The translations under genes were made by a program, and so were the position numbers. Shown here piece after piece: positions 17,641 through 26,700 of a stretch of 32,025 nucleotides of DNA. The notes under the pieces are model-generated. The model was not told the DNA's origin. It did no database searches and saw nothing but the letters and a program-made list of their open reading frames with translations. Origin of the DNA: Magnetococcales bacterium (GTDB lineage: Bacteria; Pseudomonadota; Magnetococcia; Magnetococcales; JADFYX01); assembly GCA_015232795.1 (NCBI GenBank), contig JADFYX010000001.1:1-32025 (forward strand), in the 5' to 3' direction. How positions within the stretch are numbered: the first letter of the stretch is position 1; every line of letters begins with the position of its first letter.

Positions 17641-17688
17641 TCTAGATTAGGTAGTTATCGCCACGTACCGCCAACTGCCGAATCTAGG
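17641..17688 (-). repeat. palindromic intergenic repeat, copy A (core CCTAGATTCGGCAGTTGG on the minus strand)
   Basis: The reverse complement of 17671-17688 is an exact copy of the 18-nt core at 23749-23766. The left arm TCTAGATTAGGTAGTTAT pairs with it to give a ~20-bp imperfect hairpin. TGAA occurs directly on both flanks. Confidence 0.8.
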
Positions 17689-17764
17689 ATGAATTGTTTC
17701 CAACTTTTGACAAGATGCTAGGAGATATTATTGTTAAATAATATGGGCAGAAGTTCAGCAGAGA

Positions 17765-18514
17765 TTAAAACAGAGGAATTATGGCTAAACATACGAGATA
17801 GGCAGCTTCGCTTAGCTCACAAGCAGCACCCAGAAAATCACCTGTTATACCACCGGGATGTTGCTGGATTTTATTACGAAATATTGCTAGAAAAATGGCT
17901 ACTCCTACAAGAGGGATCTCAGCACTCGCCATAAATAGTGATGGTAATAGGGTGAAAATAAACAGCACAGACCATGTGAGCTTATGGGGAATATTGGCTG
18001 ACATTTGAAACCCCATGCCAGACTCTCTAATATAATCGCTGGTTAACAGCAAAAACATCATTGCCAAACGACCAAAAAGTGGCACAAACAACAACCACCA
18101 CACCCCGTTATCACTGGAAAAGAGTGCCTGTAGAGCGGCAAATTTTACTAAAAGCAGAAGAGTTACTGCAACAACCGCACCCGGTCCACTGCGGGGATCT
18201 TTTAAAATTGCCAAACATTTTTCCCGGCTTCCCATACCGCCGATCCAGGCATCTGTAACATCTGCCAGACCATCAAGATGCAACCCACCAGTGAGCCAAA
18301 CCCACACCACAAGCACCAATGCTCCACGTAGGCCAGGGTCAACAGCCTCTAAACTCCAGGCAACGACAGCCAACACAAACCCTATAACAACACCAACCAA
18401 CGGATAGAAAAGTATAGAGAGCCCGTATGCTCTGGGAGAGGGAACAGAGATAGAGGGCATGGGAATTTTGCTTAACAAGCCAAAGGCCAAAACTATAGGT
18501 GCTATCATCGGCAT
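17765..18514 (-). CDS. cobS: adenosylcobinamide-GDP ribazoletransferase (cobalamin synthase)
   Basis: Polytopic membrane protein with LTGGLHLDGLADVTDA, the CobS signature. Overlaps the cobC stop by 10 nt. Confidence 0.9.
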   Translation of the reverse strand: MPMIAPIVLAFGLLSKIPMPSISVPSPRAYGLSILFYPLVGVVIGFVLAVVAWSLEAVDPGLRGALVLVVWVWLTGGLHLDGLADVTDAWIGGMGSREKCLAILKDPRSGPGAVVAVTLLLLVKFAALQALFSSDNGVWWLLFVPLFGRLAMMFLLLTSDYIRESGMGFQMSANIPHKLTWSVLFIFTLLPSLFMASAEIPLVGVAIFLAIFRNKIQQHPGGITGDFLGAACELSEAAYLVCLAIIPLF

Positions 18515-19146
18515 AACCCCATAAAAGCCAGATGAGGAGTAACTCTTTGCCCCTGTTCATCAAACTTTAAATAAACCCGACTTACAGAAGCCAAAGGTAC
18601 ATCCAAAACAAAGCTCCCGGCTAATGATAGACCGAGGATATCGGCTAAAATAGCCCTAATTACGCCACCATGGGTTATTATAAGTCTATGGCTGCCATTT
18701 TTTGCCCTTAATAGCTCACCCCAAGGGATCAAGACCCTTTTTTTAAAATCAGCAGTTTTTTCACCACCAGGAGGTGAGTACTCATCAGGGTTTTGCCAAA
18801 ACAGCTTAAGAGCCTCACTATCAGCCTCCATGATCTGTGTAGCTGTTTTTCCTTCCCATTCACCAAAACATATTTCACTAAATCCCTTCTCAACTTTAAT
18901 GGGGATTGAATACTGTTTGGCAATAGTTGTTGCTACATTATGGCAGCGTTTTAAAGGTGATGTAATAATTTGATCCCATGGAGCCATTTTTCCCAATATT
19001 GACACCATGGTTTTTCGCCCATTGGCTGTAATAGGGTCATCTAAAGAACCACGAAAGCACGGCCCCCCTTTCACTTCACCATGGCGTATCAGATCAACCA
19101 CCCCAACATGGGGGGGTAAAGTAGCTTGATAGCCGGTATGGGTCAT
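18505..19146 (-). CDS. cobC: alpha-ribazole phosphatase (histidine phosphatase family)
   Basis: RHGE motif (DLIRHGEV) and ITHGGVIR second His motif. Located between cobT and cobS with a 4-nt overlap to cobT. Confidence 0.8.
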   Translation of the reverse strand: MTHTGYQATLPPHVGVVDLIRHGEVKGGPCFRGSLDDPITANGRKTMVSILGKMAPWDQIITSPLKRCHNVATTIAKQYSIPIKVEKGFSEICFGEWEGKTATQIMEADSEALKLFWQNPDEYSPPGGEKTADFKKRVLIPWGELLRAKNGSHRLIITHGGVIRAILADILGLSLAGSFVLDVPLASVSRVYLKFDEQGQRVTPHLAFMGLCR

Positions 19147-20192
19147 CCCTGGGAAACACCTGCCTGAGCAAATGTAGCCATACCTCCGTGGAGAGAGCAG
19201 GCCATCTGCAACAGTGGAACGGCAACTGCTGCACCACTCCCCTCCCCCAAACGCATTTCAAGATCAACCAAAGCCTGACCGCCTATTGCAGCTAACAGCG
19301 CAGAATGGCCCGGCTCTTCAGATAGATGGGCAAAAAGCATCCACTCTGCCAGCTCAGGGCGTAATCTAACAGCAGCTAAAGCGGCACTGGTAGTGATAAA
19401 ACCATCTACAAGAACAGGAATACCAAGTTGGGCTGAAGTGATATAAAATCCTGCCAAAGCTGCCAGTTCAAAACCACCAACTTTACGTAATACCCCTAGG
19501 GGATCGTTGGCATCTGGTTTATTAACATTTAGAGCTTTTTGAATTATTACCGTTTTTTTAGCAACACCTACACTGTCCAGCCCGGTACCAGGACCAGCCA
19601 TTAAAGCCGGGGAAAGTCCTGACAACACCCCTCCCACAGCAGCAGCAGCGGTGGTGTTGCCAATACCCATCTCACCACCCACAAGAAGTTGCACCCCAGC
19701 CTCATGGCCTCTTATGGCTGCTTGTCTACCCACCTCCAAGGCTGCATAAAGCTGCTTTTCATCCATTGCAGCTCCTTGGCTCATATCGAAGGTTCCAGCA
19801 CCTACCCGGCTGGAGACAACTCCCGGTAGCGGGCCGGGGTCGTTAACAGTACCAACATCTACCACCTCAAAAAGGGCATTTAAATATTTCGCCAGCACTG
19901 TTATTGCTGCACCACCACGGGAGAAATTTTTCACCATTTCAACAGTAACAGATTGGGGAAATGCCGATACCCCTGATGCTACAACACCATGATCTCCAGC
20001 AAATACAACAATTTTCAGCTTTTCCAGGTTTGGTTTTACCGTATGTTGCCAGCCAGCAAAATCCACAGCAATTTTTTCCAACACCCCTAATGATCCTGGA
20101 GGTTTAGTCAACTGTCCTTGATGGTTCAGTGCCTCTTGCCGATGTTTTTGTGATGGTGCTGCAATAGGAACATCCAACCAGTTTGGTCTCAC
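19143..20192 (-). CDS. cobT: nicotinate-nucleotide--dimethylbenzimidazole phosphoribosyltransferase
   Basis: LTKPPGSLGVLE, GEMGIGNTT and other CobT-typical blocks; 349 aa. Confidence 0.95.
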   Translation of the reverse strand: MRPNWLDVPIAAPSQKHRQEALNHQGQLTKPPGSLGVLEKIAVDFAGWQHTVKPNLEKLKIVVFAGDHGVVASGVSAFPQSVTVEMVKNFSRGGAAITVLAKYLNALFEVVDVGTVNDPGPLPGVVSSRVGAGTFDMSQGAAMDEKQLYAALEVGRQAAIRGHEAGVQLLVGGEMGIGNTTAAAAVGGVLSGLSPALMAGPGTGLDSVGVAKKTVIIQKALNVNKPDANDPLGVLRKVGGFELAALAGFYITSAQLGIPVLVDGFITTSAALAAVRLRPELAEWMLFAHLSEEPGHSALLAAIGGQALVDLEMRLGEGSGAAVAVPLLQMACSLHGGMATFAQAGVSQG

Positions 20193-20728
20193 AATTTTTC
20201 TCCTTTTAAAACCATGGGGAGTCCCGCCACGGTAAATATAACTCTATCACATATCTTAGCTAAATCTTGATGCAACCAGCCACTTTCATCAACAAAATTA
20301 CGGCTCAACTCCCCCATGGGGACAATACCCAAGCCGGTTTCGTTAGCTACCAGTATAATTGGTGAAGCAAGAGTTGGTATAATTTCCAGCAGATCTCTTT
20401 TTTCTTTTTCCCACAATTGTTGCCAATCAGGTTGTAACAAAATATTACTGAGCCAAAGGGTTAGGCAATCAACGAGCAATAATCTACCATCTTTAGCATG
20501 TGTTGCCAAAGCAGACGATAATTTTAGTTGCTCCTCAACCAATTGCCAGTGAGAAGGTCGCCTTTTTTTATGCTGCAAAATCCTTGTTTGCATCTCTGCG
20601 TCTCTGGCTTGGGCAGTGGCAACATAGGTTACATCAAGTCCGGTTTTTTTTGCCAGATCTTCAGCCAAACTGCTTTTGCCAGATCTAGCTCCGCCAAGTA
20701 TAAGTTCAATTGCCATTACAGCCCACAC
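20189..20728 (-). CDS. cobU: bifunctional adenosylcobinamide kinase / adenosylcobinamide-phosphate guanylyltransferase
   Basis: P-loop LILGGARSGKS and ATAQARDAEM...HKKRRP. 4-nt overlap with cobT. The true start may be the Met at 20716. Confidence 0.92.
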   Translation of the reverse strand: MWAVMAIELILGGARSGKSSLAEDLAKKTGLDVTYVATAQARDAEMQTRILQHKKRRPSHWQLVEEQLKLSSALATHAKDGRLLLVDCLTLWLSNILLQPDWQQLWEKEKRDLLEIIPTLASPIILVANETGLGIVPMGELSRNFVDESGWLHQDLAKICDRVIFTVAGLPMVLKGEKL

Positions 20729-20816
20729 TCTTTTCTAACAATAATATTTTCAATGGATGGGTGATTCAGATAACATGGTTACGTTAAAGCTAGCAACCCC
20801 TAAATGGAATTCATAA

Positions 20817-21380
20817 ATGGTTAACTCTGAGACAACAGCAACTTCTAAAGCTAAAAAACGTCATGGTCGGGTGGTGGTTTTAACCGGTCCGGGTAAAGGT
20901 AAATCATCCAGTGCTTTTGGTATGGTATTAAGAGCTGCCGGATGGGGTTATAAAATTTGTGTAATTCAGTTTATAAAAAAAGAGTCCCGCAAAACCGGGG
21001 AACAGATGGCAGCAGCAAAGCTTTCTGGTATTGAATGGCACTGTTTGGGTGATGGTTTTACCTGGATAACCAAAAACCCAGAGCAAGATAAAAGCAATAA
21101 CCAAAAGATTTGGCAATTTGCCAAAGAAAAAATCAGCAGCGGTGAGTTTGATCTGGTGGTACTAGACGAAATAAACTATGCAGCTAGCTACGGCTGGATA
21201 TCCGGGGTTGAAATTGCCGATTTCATCAAAAAAGAAAAACCCTACGAAACCCACCTGATATTAACAGGCAGGGATGCTCTGCCAGAAGTTATTACAGTAG
21301 CCGATACTGTTACTGAAATGGGTATGGTTAAACACGCTTATGAAGCTGGAATTAGTGCAGGACGGGGGATTGAGTTTTAA
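20817..21380 (+). CDS. cobO: cob(I)yrinic acid a,c-diamide adenosyltransferase (CobO/BtuR type)
   Basis: GPGKGKSSSAFG P-loop, VIQFIK, LVVLDEINYA, LILTGR, TEM..VKH. Confidence 0.92.
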   Translation: MVNSETTATSKAKKRHGRVVVLTGPGKGKSSSAFGMVLRAAGWGYKICVIQFIKKESRKTGEQMAAAKLSGIEWHCLGDGFTWITKNPEQDKSNNQKIWQFAKEKISSGEFDLVVLDEINYAASYGWISGVEIADFIKKEKPYETHLILTGRDALPEVITVADTVTEMGMVKHAYEAGISAGRGIEF

Positions 21381-21416
21381 GCTAACAAAAATGCATGTTA
21401 AAAACTGCTGCATCTT

Positions 21417-22460
21417 TTAATTGTTTTTTATTAATTTAAGAGCATCTTCAAGGCGTTGCCATTGGGTTGGGTCTCCCGGCAGGCCAAAACGAATACCTCC
21501 AGGGTCACTAAATCGTCGAACTAAAATACCTTGTTGAGCAAAATTGTTGAACAGCTCTTTGCTGCGAGAAACTTTAACCCAGACAAAAAGAGTTGTACCT
21601 CCTGTTGGGGTTAAACTGTATTTATTCAGCAAATCTTGTAGCTGCTTCTGTTTTGCAAATAGCTGTTTGCGAGTCTCATTTTGCCAAAGGGTATCTTCCA
21701 AACAAGCTTTTGTTATAAATCGCGATGGACCAGTTATCTGCCATGGCCCCAGAAGTTGCCTCATACTATCGAGAAGCTGGGGCCAGCCAAAGACAAAGCC
21801 GACTCTGGCTCCTGCCAAGCCAAAAAATTTACCCAAAGAGCGCAAAACTATTAGCCCAGGTTTACCTGTCTCCCCTATCATGCTGAGTTCTGGGGTAGAG
21901 TCCATGAAGGCTTCATCCACTATCAACCATTTTTCCCGACCAAAAGCCTCCCCAGCAACAGCCAAACGCTTTCGCCATTCAAAAAGTTTCTCTTTATTGA
22001 TTACGGTCCCAGTTGGATTATTAGGATTAACCACAACAACTACATCATATAACTCAATTTTTTTTTCTAACTCTCTAATAGTTACCTGTTCAACCTGATG
22101 CTTGGGAGGGGTGGAATAAAATGGTTTTTTATGTTTTTTCCCGATAAAACCCCATGAGTGCGCATGTTCTGAATATGTTGGAGAGAGAACGGCAACCCGA
22201 AATTTTTCTGTTAAACGCGATAAAACTTGAATAGCTGCTTGAGAACCAGCAACAGGAAGAATATTTTCACTACCATAATATGCAATTGCAGAGCGCATCA
22301 GACCATCATCATCTTCTGGAAGACGTAGCCATTTAGCAGCAGGAATTTGAGGAACACTCCAGCCAATTGGGTTGATTCCTGTTGATAGGTCCAACCATTT
22401 CTCAGGAGGCAAACCAAAATTCAGTGCTGCCTGTTGAATTCCACCACCATGATTAAGCAA
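21417..22460 (-). CDS. cobD: threonine-phosphate decarboxylase (class I/II aminotransferase fold)
   Basis: NPNNPTG block, SLGKFFGLAGARVG (PLP lysine region). 8-nt overlap with cbiB upstream. Confidence 0.82.
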   Translation of the reverse strand: MLNHGGGIQQAALNFGLPPEKWLDLSTGINPIGWSVPQIPAAKWLRLPEDDDGLMRSAIAYYGSENILPVAGSQAAIQVLSRLTEKFRVAVLSPTYSEHAHSWGFIGKKHKKPFYSTPPKHQVEQVTIRELEKKIELYDVVVVVNPNNPTGTVINKEKLFEWRKRLAVAGEAFGREKWLIVDEAFMDSTPELSMIGETGKPGLIVLRSLGKFFGLAGARVGFVFGWPQLLDSMRQLLGPWQITGPSRFITKACLEDTLWQNETRKQLFAKQKQLQDLLNKYSLTPTGGTTLFVWVKVSRSKELFNNFAQQGILVRRFSDPGGIRFGLPGDPTQWQRLEDALKLIKNN

Positions 22461-23388
22461 TTACCAAAACTCCTATGATCAACACCACCACAGACCAAAG
22501 CACGACACCCTGCCTGACCAACCCAATAGCACGGGGAATATCTGCAATAACAGGTGGGTATCCTACCCCCATAATGGGGTTTTGTTGAGCAACACCGTGA
22601 TAAACGGTATGACCACCTAATATCACTTCCAACGCCCCAGCTCCAGTTGCCATTACCAGAGTAGCATTGGGGCTTTTACGGTTTTTACACTGTAACCAAG
22701 AGCGCAAAGCTGACCGGCTTTTTCCCACCAACAGGTAAGTTAAAGCAGTTAAACGGGCCGGAATATAGTTAAGTAGATCATCCAGCCTTGCTGCTGCCCA
22801 ACCAAAGTACAGATAACGCTCGTTACGATATCCCCACATTGCATCCAGGGTATTAACCAGACGGTACAAAACCGCACCGGGAGCACCCAATACTAAAAAC
22901 CAAAACAGCGCACCAAAAACCGCATCACAACCATTTTCTAAAACCGACTCAATTGTAGAACGAGCAATATCTGCCTCATCCATATCCCCAACATCACGGC
23001 TGACTATCATACCCACACTTACTCTAGCGGCATCCAGACCACCAACATCCATGGCTGTAACTACATTTTGCCCGTGTACAGCAAGACTCTGTGAACCCAA
23101 GACAAAATAGAGAGCAACTACCGAGAACAAATTGCCAAAAATAGCGATGCTGGAAAAGCAGAAACAGGCAACAGTTAATGGTATAACTATCATAATAACA
23201 GCAACCACCCCACGCATCCTAATTATATTGTAACGCTTTTTATCATTTGACGCAACATATAGAAATTTTTCTATCCAAATTGCCATATTTCCCACCCCTA
23301 CCAAGGGATGAAAACGGTTAATCTCAGAAAACATTCTATCGAGAAAAATTGCTGTCACCATAAGAAGTGCTGACATGGGAAATTCCAT
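22453..23388 (-). CDS. cbiB: adenosylcobinamide-phosphate synthase
   Basis: Membrane protein with CbiB-typical blocks (ESVLENGCDAVFGALFWF, VNTLDAMWGYRNERY, ARLDDLLNYIPARLTAL). Confidence 0.92.
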   Translation of the reverse strand: MEFPMSALLMVTAIFLDRMFSEINRFHPLVGVGNMAIWIEKFLYVASNDKKRYNIIRMRGVVAVIMIVIPLTVACFCFSSIAIFGNLFSVVALYFVLGSQSLAVHGQNVVTAMDVGGLDAARVSVGMIVSRDVGDMDEADIARSTIESVLENGCDAVFGALFWFLVLGAPGAVLYRLVNTLDAMWGYRNERYLYFGWAAARLDDLLNYIPARLTALTYLLVGKSRSALRSWLQCKNRKSPNATLVMATGAGALEVILGGHTVYHGVAQQNPIMGVGYPPVIADIPRAIGLVRQGVVLWSVVVLIIGVLVIA

Positions 23389-23418
23389 AAAACCAACCTA
23401 AAATCAAGTTTAATCCAG

Positions 23419-23460
23419 AAACAAAATACCCCCGTATATTTCCTGCAATAATCGGGGGTA
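23419..23460 (-). terminator. intrinsic terminator-like hairpin inside the cbiB leader (candidate attenuator or riboswitch expression platform, or sRNA terminator)
   Basis: On the minus-strand transcript: TACCCCCG, an 18-nt loop, CGGGGGTA, then TTTTGTTT. The tract ends about 30 nt upstream of the cbiB ATG. Confidence 0.55.
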
Positions 23461-23748
23461 AATTGGCATATAGCCACAACTCTTAACAACCTTAGAAATT
23501 ACATAAAATATAATAGTAGTTAAATCCAGAAAGTGCATTTCCAACAAAAAACAGTAACAATATTCGGGCTTGGCAATAACCTTGAAATTGCGATTTTGTT
23601 CATCTCTGGTTGCGGTAAATAAATACAGTTTACTGGCATATATTATGTAATATTTAGCTAATGTTTAAGATTTATAATTGAAAGACTCCTATATATTTTG
23701 ATCTTTGTCTACCAAACAAAATTTCACTGAATCGAATTGCGACATTAT

Positions 23749-23911
23749 CCTAGATTCGGCAGTTGGGCGTGCATTAATGGTGCAACATATTGGTTTATCA
23801 GGTGAATCAAAAAAAATCGAAGTCACCTTGTTGGTGATGAGACTTTTTTTTGGTTTGTCTGGTAAATCAAGAGGTTGTGCCAGTGATGTGCGAACAACTG
23901 CCGAATCTAGG
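23749..23911 (+). repeat. composite 163-nt inverted-repeat element, copy B of the CCTAGATTCGGCAGTTGG family
   Basis: 23749-23765 pairs perfectly (17 bp) with 23895-23911. The stem continues for 21 more positions (13 Watson-Crick, 5 G-U, 3 mismatches). The interior carries two 21-nt direct repeats TTGGTTT(A/G)TC(A/T)GGT(G/A)AATCAA. Confidence 0.8.
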
Positions 23912-23977
23912 TTAAAGGCAACGGCAAAAAAACGTCTTTTTAAATTCGGCCTTACAGCAAAACCTTGGGTGCTGCCC

Positions 23978-24005
23978 AAACCCGGCAGGGAGATAATCTC
24001 CCTGC
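23978..24005 (-). terminator. candidate intrinsic terminator after acnB
   Basis: 8-bp GC-rich stem GCAGGGAG / CTCCCTGC with a 5-nt loop, 32 nt downstream of the acnB stop. The trailing U-tract is weak (GGGTTTGGG on the minus strand). Confidence 0.4.
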
Positions 24006-24037
24006 ACCCATATTAGTTTTTTTTACTGCTTTTTTTC

Positions 24038-26572
24038 TTATGCGTTACTGGTTTCGTAATCTTCTATCTTATGGAAATTTAGATACTTATATGTATCGTC
24101 CGACTTCGGTGTCACACGCTCACTCACCGCCGTCATATACTCCGCAACCGTAGGAAGCCTACCCAACAACGAAGTAACCGCAGCAACCTCTGCACTAGAT
24201 AGATAAACCTGTGCACCAGTACCCAAGCGGTTATTAAAATTTCTGGTGGAAGTAGAAACAACTACCGCATTATCCCTCACACGCGCCTGATTACCCATAC
24301 ACAAAGAACAACCCGGCATTTCCGTCCGAGCACCAGACTTACCTAAAACACTATATACACCCTCGTCAATCAACTGCCTCTCATCCATTCTTGTAGGTGG
24401 TGCAACCCACAACGTACCCGGTATTGGCGGTTGACCCTCTAAAATACGGCTCGCAGCACGGAAATGACCGATATTTGTCATGCAAGAACCAATAAATACC
24501 TCGTCAATCTTATTGCCAGCAACGTCTGACAGCAACTTCACATCGTCAGGATCGTTAGGACAACACAATACAGGCTCTTTAATATCAGCTAAATCAATCT
24601 CTAAAATCTCAGCATACTCAGCGTCCGCATCTGGAGATAACAATTCTGGATTTGCCAACCATGCCTCCATGTCCTTAATGCGGTTTTGGATGGCAATAGG
24701 GTTTTTGTATCCACGGTGCAACATATTTTTAAGCAGGGTTACGTTAGACTGCACATACTCAATAACAGGCTCCAAACCTAAATGTACCGAACAAGCAGCA
24801 GCAGAACGCTCTGCTGATGCGTCCGACAACTCAAATGCCTGCTCTACTTTTAGATTTGGCAAACCCTCAATCTCTAATACTCGCCCTGAAAAAACATTCT
24901 TCTTGCCAGCTTTCTCAACTGTTAACAATCCACGTTGAATGGCAACATATGGTATTGCGTTAACTAAATCACGCAGGGTCACACCCGGTTGCAGCTCGCC
25001 TTTAAACCTTACCAATACTGATTCTGGCATTACCAACGGCATAGAACCTGTCGCTGCTGCAAATGCAACCAAACCAGAACCAGCAGGAAATGAAATACCA
25101 ATTGGAAAACGGGTGTGAGAATCACCACCAGTTCCAACTGTATCTGGCAAACACATACGGTTTAACCAGGAATGGATAATACCATCACCAGGAGCCAACG
25201 CTAAACCACCCCTTGTGGAGAAAAAGTCTGGCAATGTCTGGTGAGTCTTTACATCAACTGATTTTGGATATGCAGCAGTATGACAGAAAGATTGCATAAC
25301 TAAATCAGCGGAAAAGCTTAAACAAGCAAGCTCTTTAATCTCATCCCTCGTCATAGGACCAGTGGTATCTTGAGAACCAACTGTGGACATCTTCGGCTCA
25401 CAATACTCACCAGGACGTACACCCTCTGTACCAATGGCCTTACCAACCATCTTCTGGGCCAAGGTGTAACCCTTACTGCTGGCTGCTGGAACATCAGCTT
25501 TCAAGAACATGTCCGAAGGTGGCAGACCCAACGCTTCACGGGCCTGGGCTGTTAGCTTTCTGCCAACGATAAGATTAATACGGCCACCAGCTCTCATCTC
25601 ATCTGGTAAAGTAGAAGGTAGAAGATCAAATGTTGTTACCTGCTCCCCATTTTTTACAATTGTGCCGTTCTTGGTGTTGATGGTTATAACATCGCCTGAC
25701 TCTAAACCAGATACATCACACTGCACTGGTAACATACCGGAATCTTCTGCTGTGTTGAAAAAAATCGGTGCAATTGTACTACCCAAAACAACACCACCAG
25801 TACGCTTGGCAGGTACAAATGGTATGTCGTTGCCAATGTGCCAAATCAACGAATTAGCAGCAGACTTACGTGAGGAACCCGTACCAACAACATCACCAAC
25901 ATATGCAATTGGATTACCTTTTTCTTTCAGGGAGGCAAGCAACTCCAAAGCCCCCTCTTGACGGGCTACCAACATAGCCTTGGCATGAACAGGAACGTCT
26001 GGACGACTCCAGGCCTCAGATGCAGGTGAAAGATCGTCTGTATTTGTCTCACCAGGAACCTTAAATACAGTTACTGTAACCTCTTGGGGCATCTCAGGTT
26101 GTGATGTAAACCATGTGGCATCGGCCCAGTTTTGTAAAACCTGCTTTGCACTGGGGTTAGAAGCAGCCTTGTTTTTAACATCATTAAATGCATCATAAAC
26201 CATCAATGTATTAGATAACGCAGCAACCGCACCTGGTGCCAAGTCACTGTTGTCTAACAAATCAATCAACGGCTTAACGTTAAAACCACCAATCATAGTA
26301 CCCAACAACTGAACCGCTGCCTTGGGATCTATAACAGGACAACTCACACTACCCTTGGCAACCTCTGCCAAAAATGCTGCCTTTACTGCTGAAGCATCGT
26401 CCACACCCGGTGGAACCTGATTGGTAATTAAATCTAATACTACCGCCTCTTCACCAGCAGGAGGATTTTTTAATAGTTCTACTAAATCAGTTACTTGTGC
26501 TGCATTTAATGGTAGTGGTGGTACACCTTCTTGCTCACGTTCTGCTACGTGTTGACGATATTCCTTTAGCAT
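24038..26572 (-). CDS. acnB: aconitate hydratase B (bifunctional aconitase 2 / 2-methylisocitrate dehydratase)
   Basis: Near-colinear resemblance to enterobacterial AcnB along the whole length ([13 protein letters not shown]...[74 protein letters not shown]). Confidence 0.98.
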   Translation of the reverse strand: MLKEYRQHVAEREQEGVPPLPLNAAQVTDLVELLKNPPAGEEAVVLDLITNQVPPGVDDASAVKAAFLAEVAKGSVSCPVIDPKAAVQLLGTMIGGFNVKPLIDLLDNSDLAPGAVAALSNTLMVYDAFNDVKNKAASNPSAKQVLQNWADATWFTSQPEMPQEVTVTVFKVPGETNTDDLSPASEAWSRPDVPVHAKAMLVARQEGALELLASLKEKGNPIAYVGDVVGTGSSRKSAANSLIWHIGNDIPFVPAKRTGGVVLGSTIAPIFFNTAEDSGMLPVQCDVSGLESGDVITINTKNGTIVKNGEQVTTFDLLPSTLPDEMRAGGRINLIVGRKLTAQAREALGLPPSDMFLKADVPAASSKGYTLAQKMVGKAIGTEGVRPGEYCEPKMSTVGSQDTTGPMTRDEIKELACLSFSADLVMQSFCHTAAYPKSVDVKTHQTLPDFFSTRGGLALAPGDGIIHSWLNRMCLPDTVGTGGDSHTRFPIGISFPAGSGLVAFAAATGSMPLVMPESVLVRFKGELQPGVTLRDLVNAIPYVAIQRGLLTVEKAGKKNVFSGRVLEIEGLPNLKVEQAFELSDASAERSAAACSVHLGLEPVIEYVQSNVTLLKNMLHRGYKNPIAIQNRIKDMEAWLANPELLSPDADAEYAEILEIDLADIKEPVLCCPNDPDDVKLLSDVAGNKIDEVFIGSCMTNIGHFRAASRILEGQPPIPGTLWVAPPTRMDERQLIDEGVYSVLGKSGARTEMPGCSLCMGNQARVRDNAVVVSTSTRNFNNRLGTGAQVYLSSAEVAAVTSLLGRLPTVAEYMTAVSERVTPKSDDTYKYLNFHKIEDYETSNA

Positions 26573-26700
26573 TTTACAAAATCTCCTAGAAATGAAGGTA
26601 CGCGCAACTTATTAATTAGTTGTGGTTTATATGCAAAAACACATCTTTATATATTTTTATATATAAAATTTCAAATTATTATGGAAAAATCTGGTTTTTA

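Noticed and set aside
20729-20816. Possible cobalamin riboswitch in the cobU/cobO divergent region
   Set aside because: Only 88 nt are shared by two divergent promoters and RBSs. That is too short for a riboswitch aptamer plus expression platform, and no conserved B12 elements were seen.
21391-21418. Weak hairpin ATGCA...TGCAT with flanking A and T runs between the convergent cobO and cobD
   Set aside because: The stem is only 5 bp and A/T-rich with a 13-nt loop, too weak to call a terminator with any confidence.
23689-24016. Two ~100-codon ORFs (23689-23979 minus, 23705-24016 plus) in the cbiB-acnB intergenic region
   Set aside because: They overlap each other on opposite strands and run straight through the inverted-repeat element. 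Their internal repeats (GLSGESKK / GLSGKSRG) simply mirror the DNA direct repeats. No RBS and no protein-like composition.
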